Source of the DNA: Akkermansiaceae bacterium
Lineage (GTDB): Bacteria; Verrucomicrobiota; Verrucomicrobiia; Verrucomicrobiales; Akkermansiaceae
Assembly (NCBI GenBank): GCA_051251915.1
Contig: JBPOGF010000001.1
Span: 224,001-288,000 of the forward strand
Direction: 5' to 3'
DNA: 64,000 bases
Positions 30,935 through 38,617 of this stretch are shown in pieces. The position numbers and the translations under genes were made by a program. The first letter of the stretch is position 1. The number at the start of each line of letters is the position of its first letter. The notes beneath the pieces were generated by a model. The model saw only the letters and a list, made by a program, of their open reading frames with translations. It made no database searches and was not told where the DNA came from.

Positions 30935-31086
30935 ATGCTTAGTGTTCAGGAAATAAGTGGTGCTAGTGTCGAAATTAATACTATCAATAGGGAGTTGCGG
31001 AGAATATCTGGAGGAGGGGCTAGCTCTGATTTACAAATGTTGGCGTGATTGGTAAATTGACTCTTATTATGCGTCGTCGGAAGTAG
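30935..31086 (+). pseudogene. Degraded PEP-CTERM gene remnant
   Basis: Fragment MLSVQEISGASVEINTINRELRRISGGGASSDLQ, then in another frame NVGVIGKLTLIMRRRK*; the PEP motif itself is absent; strong terminator downstream. Confidence 0.55.
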
Positions 31087-31116
31087 GCTGGGGGTAAGTT
31101 TTTAACTTAATTAGTC

Positions 31117-31153
31117 AAACGGCTAGATCTGTATTCGATCTAGCCGTTTCTTT
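31117..31153 (+). terminator. Intrinsic terminator with perfect 13-bp stem
   Basis: aaacggctagatc-tgtattc-gatctagccgtttcttt. Confidence 0.85.
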
Positions 31154-31265
31154 GTTTAAGAATATGAGTATTCATTCTTAATAAGTGAGGCTGGGGTGAT
31201 GGTGGTGAGAAAGTAATCACTAACTATGCCTTGCAAAAGAGCTCAGGATGTAGCATGGGGAGGGG

Positions 31266-32036
31266 ATGAATACGATGTCATTCACGCTTTTGATAGCTGC
31301 CATCCTTGCAGGGCTGGCTGGCGTGATAGGTGTGCGCTCCATTATAACTGATAGGAGACGAACACGCTGGACGATCTTGCTGATGTTGTTGAGCTTTGGT
31401 TGTCAGTTGATGTGGCTGGGTATGCGTGGTGAGCAGCGGGCTAGTTGTCCGTTGATGGATTCTGGTGAGATTTGGGTCTTCTTGGCGTGGTCGGTGAGTT
31501 TGTTTTATTTGATAGTGGGTTCGGCGTATCGGGTTACTTTGCTGGGGATGTTTTCGGCTCCGGTAGTGGCGGTGATGCTGGGGGCTGCGTTGTTGCCTGG
31601 GATGCTGGATGCTAGTCCTGTGGCGAAGACGAATGTTGATTATTGGGGGGAGATGCATTCTGCTGTGTCAGTGTTATCATATGGTGCTCTGACGCTTGGT
31701 GCGATTTCTGCGGTGATGTTTTTGGTGTTGGATCGTTTGCTAAAGACACGGGATACGAGTTCTGGGTTATTTAAGAAAATGCCGCCGCTTCATACTCTTG
31801 TGGGGTCTGTGGTGAGATTGACGGTGATAGGGGTAAGTTTTTTGACGGTGGGGCTGGTTTGTGGATTTATGATGCCTAGCCATGGTGGGGCGCATTTTTG
31901 GGTGGCTGCTTTTGTGTGGGTGTCTTATGCGTTGATGCTGGGGATGTGGTTTGTGAGGGGGATGACTTCTAAGAAGATGTCCGTTGTTGTAGTGGTGCTT
32001 TATGTTGCATCGTTGTCCGTTTTCGCTGCTCTCTAA
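31266..32036 (+). CDS. Cytochrome c assembly protein (CcsA/HemX-like)
   Basis: Multi-TM; WGEMHSAVSVLSYGAL, MPPLHTL; directly upstream of hemA. Confidence 0.8.
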   Translation: MNTMSFTLLIAAILAGLAGVIGVRSIITDRRRTRWTILLMLLSFGCQLMWLGMRGEQRASCPLMDSGEIWVFLAWSVSLFYLIVGSAYRVTLLGMFSAPVVAVMLGAALLPGMLDASPVAKTNVDYWGEMHSAVSVLSYGALTLGAISAVMFLVLDRLLKTRDTSSGLFKKMPPLHTLVGSVVRLTVIGVSFLTVGLVCGFMMPSHGGAHFWVAAFVWVSYALMLGMWFVRGMTSKKMSVVVVVLYVASLSVFAAL

Positions 32037-32050
32037 TTTTGACTGATACG

Positions 32051-33067
32051 ATGAATTTATTTTGTTTAGGATTGAATCATGAGACGGCTCCAGTGGAGGT
32101 GAGGGAGAAATTTTCTGTTCCGATGGAGCTGCTAGGGCAGCGTAGTCATCAGTTGACGACGCTGGATGGGGTGAAGGAGGCTGTGGTGATCTCTACGTGT
32201 AATCGGATGGAGGTGTATGTGGCGACTGTGGGGGAGGATAATCTTGCGGATGCGGAGCTGGTGGTAAAGAAGGACCTAGGGTTCGATGTTGGTGATGCTG
32301 CTCATTTTTATGGGTGTGAGTCTGATGAGGCGATGAAGCATTTGTGCAGGGTGGTGAGTGGGCTGGACTCGATGGTGCTGGGGGAGACGGAGATATTTGG
32401 TCAGGTGAAGAAGGCGTATCAGTATGCGCTGGAGGCGACTGCGACTGGTGGGGTGCTGAATAAGGTGTTTCAGAAGTCGTTTGGTGTGGGGAAGCGTGTG
32501 CGAACTGAGACGATGATTCAGAATGGGCAGACTTCAGTGGGGAGTGTGGCGCTGGATCTGGCGGAGAAGATTTTTAGTGATCTGAAGGATAGTACTGTGA
32601 TGGTGATAGGGGCGGGTGAGATGAGTAGGATAACGGTGCAGAGTATGGTGCTGCGTGGGGTGAAGAAGGTGTATGTGACGAATAGGTCTTATGATAAGGC
32701 GGTGGCACTGGCTGATGAGGTGGGTGGTGAGGCTGTGAAATTTGATGAGTGGAGTAAGGTGTTGGGTTCTGTGGATGTGGTGATTTCTTCAACGGGGGCG
32801 ACTGAGCCTGTGGTGAGGGCTGCGGATATAGAGGCGGTGAGGAAGCAGCGTAAGTATAGGCCTTTGTTTATGATCGACATTGCGGTGCCTAGGGATATAG
32901 AGCATGCGGTGGGTGAGATAGAGGAGGTGTATCTGTATGATCTGGACACGCTGCAGAGGCAGGTGGATGAGGGGCATGCGAGAAGGCAGGCTCAGGTGAC
33001 TGAGTGTGAGAAAATAATAGAAGCTGAGGTTCAGAAAATAACTAATCAACAACGAAATCATGTCTAA
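32051..33067 (+). CDS. hemA: Glutamyl-tRNA reductase (short C-terminus)
   Basis: GLNHETAPVEVREK, STCNRME, GLDSMVLGETEIFGQVK, IGAGEM, DIAVPRDI. Confidence 0.96.
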   Translation: MNLFCLGLNHETAPVEVREKFSVPMELLGQRSHQLTTLDGVKEAVVISTCNRMEVYVATVGEDNLADAELVVKKDLGFDVGDAAHFYGCESDEAMKHLCRVVSGLDSMVLGETEIFGQVKKAYQYALEATATGGVLNKVFQKSFGVGKRVRTETMIQNGQTSVGSVALDLAEKIFSDLKDSTVMVIGAGEMSRITVQSMVLRGVKKVYVTNRSYDKAVALADEVGGEAVKFDEWSKVLGSVDVVISSTGATEPVVRAADIEAVRKQRKYRPLFMIDIAVPRDIEHAVGEIEEVYLYDLDTLQRQVDEGHARRQAQVTECEKIIEAEVQKITNQQRNHV

Positions 33068-34028
33068 GGAAGAGAATACTAATGGTAGGAAGAAGCTAAT
33101 TGTGGGGACGAGGGGGAGTGCGCTTGCGCTGGTTCAGGCTGATATGGTGGAGAGGTTTCTGGCGGCTAAATTTCCTGAGATGGAGATAGTTAGAAATGTG
33201 ATAGTGACTACTGGTGACAGGAGGACTGATGTGGCTCTTAGTGAGGTGGCTAAGGTGGAGGGTGTGCTTGATAAGGGTGTGTTTACTAAGGAACTGGAGA
33301 TAGCGTTGGAGGCTGGGGAGATTGATTTGGCGGTGCATAGTTTGAAGGATGTTCCGACGGTTTTGCCTGAGGGGTTTGAGATTTGTTCTGTGCTTGAGAG
33401 GGCACCGGTGAATGATGTTTTGATTACTAAGGTGGAAGGTGGCTTGGATGGTTTGAAGGAGGGGGCTACGGTGGCAACTAGTTCGGTGAGGAGGCAGAAG
33501 ATGTTGCTGTGGATGCGACCAGATATTAAGTTGGTGGATATTAGAGGGAATGTTCCTACTCGTTTGCGTAAGTTGGCTGAGAGTGAGGATGTGGATGCGA
33601 TTATTTTGGCTGAGGCTGGGCTGGTGAGGCTGGGGTATGATGCGCTGGGGGAGATGGAGACTGAGGCGGGGAGTGTGTATGGTGCGATGATTGATCCGGA
33701 GAGGTTTTTGCCGGCGGCTGGTCAGGGTTGTGTGGGGATAGAGGTGAGGAAGGGTGATGTGGAGACGATTGCTTGTGCGCAGGCGATTTGTCATGAGCCT
33801 ACGTTTACGCGGATTGTTGCGGAGAGGGAGTTTTTGAGGTTGCTGGATGGTGGGTGTCATACGCCGGTGGGTGTGGCGACGCAGTTGTTTGGTGATAAGA
33901 TTTTGATGGAGGGGATTGTCTTTCCTGAGGGAGAAGGTGGGGGTGAGCCTTACCAGGCGGAGGCTAGCGGGAATGCTAGTGATGCGCTGAAGGTGGCTGC
34001 GGAGTTGTTTGCGGGGTTGTCTATTTAG
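33060..34028 (+). CDS. hemC: Hydroxymethylbilane synthase
   Basis: GTRGSALALVQ, DLAVHSLKDVP, IRGNVPTRL, LDGGCHTP. Confidence 0.97.
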   Translation: MSKEENTNGRKKLIVGTRGSALALVQADMVERFLAAKFPEMEIVRNVIVTTGDRRTDVALSEVAKVEGVLDKGVFTKELEIALEAGEIDLAVHSLKDVPTVLPEGFEICSVLERAPVNDVLITKVEGGLDGLKEGATVATSSVRRQKMLLWMRPDIKLVDIRGNVPTRLRKLAESEDVDAIILAEAGLVRLGYDALGEMETEAGSVYGAMIDPERFLPAAGQGCVGIEVRKGDVETIACAQAICHEPTFTRIVAEREFLRLLDGGCHTPVGVATQLFGDKILMEGIVFPEGEGGGEPYQAEASGNASDALKVAAELFAGLSI

Positions 34029-34054
34029 GGTCTAACAATTTAAGAGAAAATATT

Positions 34055-34816
34055 ATGAGTGAGGAATTAAAGGGTAAGAGAGTGGTGGTGACTAGGGCGT
34101 CATCACAGGCGGGAAGACTGAGAGATATGTTAGAGTCTAGGGGGGCGGATGTTTTAGAGATTCCTACGATTAAGATTTTGCCTCCGCAGACGGAGGTGGG
34201 GAAGCGTGAGTTTGTGGAGAGTGTTTCACATGTGCATACTTATGATTGGTTGGTATTCACGAGTGTGAATGGGGTGGAGCAGTTTTTTGAGGGGTTTTTC
34301 AAGGCCTATGCGGATGCGAGGAGTCTTGGTGGGGCGAAGATAGCGGCTGTGGGGGCTAGTACTGCTGCCAAGATTAAGTCTTATCGGTATGCGGTGGATC
34401 TAATGCCTAGTGAGTATGTGGCTGAAGCTTTGGTGAAGGAATTTGCAGATAAGGAAAGCATCGAAAATCTCACTATGATGTGGGTGCATGGTGCCGAGGC
34501 GAGAGGTGTGATAGCTGATGGGCTGACTGCTCTCGGCGCGATTGTGGATGAATGTATAGCCTATGAGACTGTACCTGAGACAGAAGATGTGACTGGTGAC
34601 AGAAAGCGAATGAGTGAGGAGGGGGCAGATTATATTCTTTTTGCTAACGGTGCTGGTGCGAGAAATTTCTTTGTGAATGGTAATAAGCTTCCAGAGGGGT
34701 GTAAGATAGCGAGTATTGGGAAGATTACTTCACAGGCTCTCGGTGATTTAGGTCAGTCAGTGGATGTAGAGGCTGCTGAAAGCACGATGGAGAGCTTGGT
34801 TGATGCTATCTGTTAG
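34055..34816 (+). CDS. hemD: Uroporphyrinogen-III synthase
   Basis: GKRVVVTRA, YDWLVFTSVNGV, AAVGASTA, ASIGKITS; position in the hem operon. Confidence 0.92.
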   Translation: MSEELKGKRVVVTRASSQAGRLRDMLESRGADVLEIPTIKILPPQTEVGKREFVESVSHVHTYDWLVFTSVNGVEQFFEGFFKAYADARSLGGAKIAAVGASTAAKIKSYRYAVDLMPSEYVAEALVKEFADKESIENLTMMWVHGAEARGVIADGLTALGAIVDECIAYETVPETEDVTGDRKRMSEEGADYILFANGAGARNFFVNGNKLPEGCKIASIGKITSQALGDLGQSVDVEAAESTMESLVDAIC

Positions 34817-34871
34817 GGGTTAATTTTTGCTTTGCTGAGTGAGCCATTCTCGTTAGTTTATAGATAAACAT

Positions 34872-35390
34872 ATGAGAATATTCACTTTTATAACCCTAAT
34901 TACGGGGCTGCTTTTTGTCGATGGATTTGCGATGACTGGGTCATTGGCGTTTAAGGATAAATGCGAGAAGTCTGATGCTATTGTTCGTGGGGTGGTTGTT
35001 GATATCATTGACTTGACTCCGATTGGGAAAGCTTCTGGTGGTTCCGGCAAAGCATTTTCGGGGCCTCATTCGGTGGCATTGGTTCGGGTAGAGGGTGTTT
35101 TTAAGGGGGAGTCGGTGAAAGAGGGTGGGATTATTTTTATTCCTTGCGGGTATAGTTTTGATGAGAGTCCGTGTGAGTTGACGAAGTCTAGGGAGTATTT
35201 TTTGTTTTTAGGGTCGATGGGGAGGAATTATTATCATCCGTTGGGTTCTTATTGTATGCATTTGGTTCGTGGGGGTAAGGTTGGGATGAGTGGGTTTGAT
35301 TGGGAGGGGGAGTTTGAGTCTAAGAGTGAGAATGCTAGGACGGTGGGAGTGGATGAGTTTGTAGGTAAGATAAAGACTGGGTTGAAGTGA
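34872..35390 (+). CDS. Hypothetical secreted protein (TIMP/NTR-like features)
   Basis: Signal peptide; SDAIVRGVV...VEGVFKG...EYFLFL. Confidence 0.55.
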   Translation: MRIFTFITLITGLLFVDGFAMTGSLAFKDKCEKSDAIVRGVVVDIIDLTPIGKASGGSGKAFSGPHSVALVRVEGVFKGESVKEGGIIFIPCGYSFDESPCELTKSREYFLFLGSMGRNYYHPLGSYCMHLVRGGKVGMSGFDWEGEFESKSENARTVGVDEFVGKIKTGLK

Positions 35391-35396
35391 TTTGTA

Positions 35397-35660
35397 ATGG
35401 ATGATATTGGGACTGTGATTGTGGTATGTGGGGTTCTTGGTGCACTCACATCAGGCTTAATACTTAGTGCTAGAGATGGGCTGGATGAAGGGAGTTCAGG
35501 TTGGCGATTGATTGATGCGTTTTTGTTTATTGGGTTGATTTCGATCCTTAGGGGAGTGGCTAAAGGAGTTGCAGATGTGTTTTTGAGTCAAAGTTTAGCT
35601 TCTTTAATATTGGTGATTATTTTCTTTGTTAGTGTTTTGATGATTGTGGTGGGGCTTTAG
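35397..35660 (+). CDS. Small hypothetical membrane protein
   Basis: Three hydrophobic segments; follows the previous ORF by 6 bp. Confidence 0.5.
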   Translation: MDDIGTVIVVCGVLGALTSGLILSARDGLDEGSSGWRLIDAFLFIGLISILRGVAKGVADVFLSQSLASLILVIIFFVSVLMIVVGL

Positions 35661-35782
35661 GATGGATTGACTGGTCTGGATTGTTGATGTGGAAGGGCAG
35701 ATGAGTTCTTTTCCTCCGTGTCTTCAGCACGGTGATTGGGAGATGGTTAATGGGGGAGGTAAAAGGGTGTCGCTTTTTTTGG

Positions 35783-37732
35783 CTAGTAGTTTGTGGCTAG
35801 GTCTTTGTTGGTTGTGGTGGTGGAGGCGGTGTTGTTTTTGGTTTTGAATTTGGCGGTGATGATGCGGTTGATTCCTTCTTTGGCGTATTGGGATTCTGGG
35901 TGGATGTGCTCTGCTTTAAGGAACCAAGTGAGGGCTTGGGCTGATTTTGGTGAGATGCTTTCGTAGTCTTGGGCTTTGGCGATGGTGTTGGCGAAGGTGG
36001 CGGCTTTGCTGGAGTAGAGGGCTTTGGCTTTGGCTAGTTCTAGGTTATTTGGGTGTTTTTTGATGGCGATGTCTACGAGTTCCCAGGCAGCGGGGGCTAG
36101 TCCTCTGTTGTAGTAGGTTTTGGCTTCTGTGAGGGTGGCGAAGACGGCGGTGATGTCTTGTTGGATTTGTTTAAGGAGTTTAGCTCTGGCTATGTCTTGT
36201 GGGTCTTTAGAGAGGTGGAATGAGGCGATGAAGCGTGAGAGATTTTCTTCTTTCATGACTGCTGAGTATGATTTGGTGTCGACGTAGCGGTCGAAGTCTT
36301 TGCGGGCAACGAGGAGCATGTCGTCTCCTGCGGTTAGCATGGCGAACTTGTCATCTACGAGGTTGTTGATGGCTTCTAGTTCAGGATTGGATGGCCAGGC
36401 GAGGGTTGCTTTTGCCATGGCAGATTTGAACCTTGTTTGTTCGTTGTTGCGCTCGGTTGAGTTCTTGCTGCTGAGCATGAATCTGAGGGCGATTTTGGCG
36501 TCTCGGGTGTTGAGTTTTGATTCTGTTTTCTTGGCAGAGATGTATGATTTGGCTTCTGAGGCGTTGTAGTCGGTGGCTTGTTGTTGGAGGCTGTTGTTGA
36601 GTTCTTCTGCGCGGGATAGGTCTTTTGCTCCGAGGACTTTGACGAGGTCGTTGGCGTCTTGGATGTATTGCTGGATGGGGGCTTTTGATACGATGTTGAT
36701 GGTCTGGACGGAGGGTAGGAATTCTCCGATGACGAAGGCTTCTACGAGTCTTTCTGAGGCGGCGTGGACGCGTTTGGTTTTGAGGTTGTTGTGGAAGGCG
36801 TTGACGAGGGTGTCTACTTTTCTGATGGCTTCTGCTGAGGCGGCATCTAGGCCGGCTACGGTGGGTTCTACTCCTACGCCATTGGTGAAGAAGTCGGCTG
36901 CGTCTGAGCCTTTTTTGAGGGTGAGTTTGTTGTCACCGTCGCGGTAGATGAGGTTGTAGAATCGGGTGGCCATGATGACGTGTTCGTATCTACGCTGGGC
37001 GAAGAGTTGGACGATCATGGATTGGTATTGGAGTTTGGATTGAGCCATGCCGAGTGCGCCGCTTAGGTCTAGCTGTTTGAGCGCTAGTTCTATTTCTGCT
37101 AGGCGCTTTTCCATGGTGGTGACTTCGATGGTTTGTTGTTGTTTGGCGCTTTCTTTTTTGTTGCCTTCGTTGAAGCTGAGTTTGGTGGTGATGACGTTTA
37201 GGTTGTGGAGGATTTTGCGTCGTTCTTCTTTGAGGTTGGCGGCTAGTTCTCGTTTGGTTCCTCGGTGTTGTTTGGTGAGTTGTGCTGCGTAGATGGCGTT
37301 GGCTAGTGATTCGCAGAGGTTTCCGTCTCCGCTGTATTTGGCTGCTTGGGAGAGGAGGTCGTAGGCGGGTTTGAGTTTGGCTCCTCCGGTTTTGTTAGGG
37401 GCGAGGTAATCGAGTATTTCGCTGATGGTGGCGCGGTATTTTGCGGCGGCGGCGGAGGAGAGGGTGTCTGTGGAGAGGTAGGCTTCGAATTGTCCGCCGA
37501 TGTGGTTGTCTGAGAGGCTGTGGGTTTTGCCTTGGAACTGGATTGTTTTGTTGGTGGGATCGACGATGGGGATTTCTGATCCGTAGGGAGTTTGTTTCTC
37601 TTGAGGGGGGCGGTTGATGGTGGTGTTGTTAGATGCTTTGACTGAGCTGGATTGGCTAGATGGCTTTTGAGCTAGGGAGTGGAGAGAGCTGGTGGTGGTG
37701 ATGAGGCTGATGAGTAGAGTTTGCTTGATCAT
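35783..37732 (-). CDS. Large secreted helical/TPR-like hypothetical protein
   Basis: 649-aa ORF, signal peptide, Ala-rich helices, coiled coil. Confidence 0.75.
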   Translation of the reverse strand: MIKQTLLISLITTTSSLHSLAQKPSSQSSSVKASNNTTINRPPQEKQTPYGSEIPIVDPTNKTIQFQGKTHSLSDNHIGGQFEAYLSTDTLSSAAAAKYRATISEILDYLAPNKTGGAKLKPAYDLLSQAAKYSGDGNLCESLANAIYAAQLTKQHRGTKRELAANLKEERRKILHNLNVITTKLSFNEGNKKESAKQQQTIEVTTMEKRLAEIELALKQLDLSGALGMAQSKLQYQSMIVQLFAQRRYEHVIMATRFYNLIYRDGDNKLTLKKGSDAADFFTNGVGVEPTVAGLDAASAEAIRKVDTLVNAFHNNLKTKRVHAASERLVEAFVIGEFLPSVQTINIVSKAPIQQYIQDANDLVKVLGAKDLSRAEELNNSLQQQATDYNASEAKSYISAKKTESKLNTRDAKIALRFMLSSKNSTERNNEQTRFKSAMAKATLAWPSNPELEAINNLVDDKFAMLTAGDDMLLVARKDFDRYVDTKSYSAVMKEENLSRFIASFHLSKDPQDIARAKLLKQIQQDITAVFATLTEAKTYYNRGLAPAAWELVDIAIKKHPNNLELAKAKALYSSKAATFANTIAKAQDYESISPKSAQALTWFLKAEHIHPESQYAKEGINRIITAKFKTKNNTASTTTTNKDLATNY

Positions 37733-37926
37733 GGTGGTTATGTCTTCGCCATGTCATTGTTCATTATGCCTGGACGCTGAAACGGCTTTGGTTAGAGTTG
37801 TTGATATTAGATAAGGGTGTTTATGTGATTGGTTACATTTGGCGGAAGATTTTTGATAGATGGGTGGTGGTGGTGGCGTTTTTTGTCTAGGATAAGGAGA
37901 GTTCTTTATGTTAAGAATGAATCGAG

Positions 37927-38601
37927 ATGGATAAATCAGGAGACAAGGATGCGAAGCAGAAGAGGGATGAGAGAGAGAAAATGTTGTCTCATGGCTTCGC
38001 GAAGACTAGAAAGAGCTTAATAGCGCGCTTGGATAACTGGGAAGATCAGCGGACTTGGGATGATTTTTATCAGACTTATTGGCGGTTGATTTATTCTGTG
38101 GGGTTGAAGTCTGGGTTGCGTTCTGAGGAGGCATTTGACTGTGTTCAGGAGACGATTTTATCGATAGCGAAGCAGAGTAAGAAGAAGATGTATGATCCGG
38201 AGCAGGGGTCATTTAAGACTTGGCTGATGAATATGACGCGATGGCGGATCAATGACCAATTCCGTAAACGGAAGAAGGATACGGCGATGTCTGCGGGGTT
38301 TGAGGGTGATGATAATAGGAAGACGGCGATTATTGATAGGGTGGAGGATCCGAATGGGGATACTTTGGATAGGCTTTGGGATGTGGAGTGGAAGCAGAAT
38401 TTAGCGGAGGCTGCGCTGGATAAGGTGAAGGGGCAGGTGTCTCCGAAGCAGTATCAGATTTTTGATTATTATGTGGTGAAGCAGTGGGATGCTAAGAAGG
38501 TGCAGGATCTTCTGGGCGTTAGTATGGCGCAGGTTTATCTGGCGAAACACCGGGTGGGTTCAGTGCTGAAGAAGGAAATTGCAAAACTGGAAAAGGAGTA
38601 A
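37927..38601 (+). CDS. ECF-family sigma-70 factor
   Basis: TRKSLIARL, WDDFYQTYWRLIY, EAFDCVQET, GSFKTWL, QVYLAKHRV. Confidence 0.92.
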   Translation: MDKSGDKDAKQKRDEREKMLSHGFAKTRKSLIARLDNWEDQRTWDDFYQTYWRLIYSVGLKSGLRSEEAFDCVQETILSIAKQSKKKMYDPEQGSFKTWLMNMTRWRINDQFRKRKKDTAMSAGFEGDDNRKTAIIDRVEDPNGDTLDRLWDVEWKQNLAEAALDKVKGQVSPKQYQIFDYYVVKQWDAKKVQDLLGVSMAQVYLAKHRVGSVLKKEIAKLEKE

Positions 38602-38617
38602 TTGATTACTGACTAAG

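Noticed and set aside
30692..31265. tRNA or riboswitch in the long gap before the hem operon
   Set aside because: No cloverleaf, T-loop or recognisable aptamer consensus; better explained by a decayed gene plus terminator
34817..34872. Integron attC-like ends (GTT... just before ORFans at 34872 and 57268)
   Set aside because: No complementary core site or attC palindrome could be traced and no integrase is present
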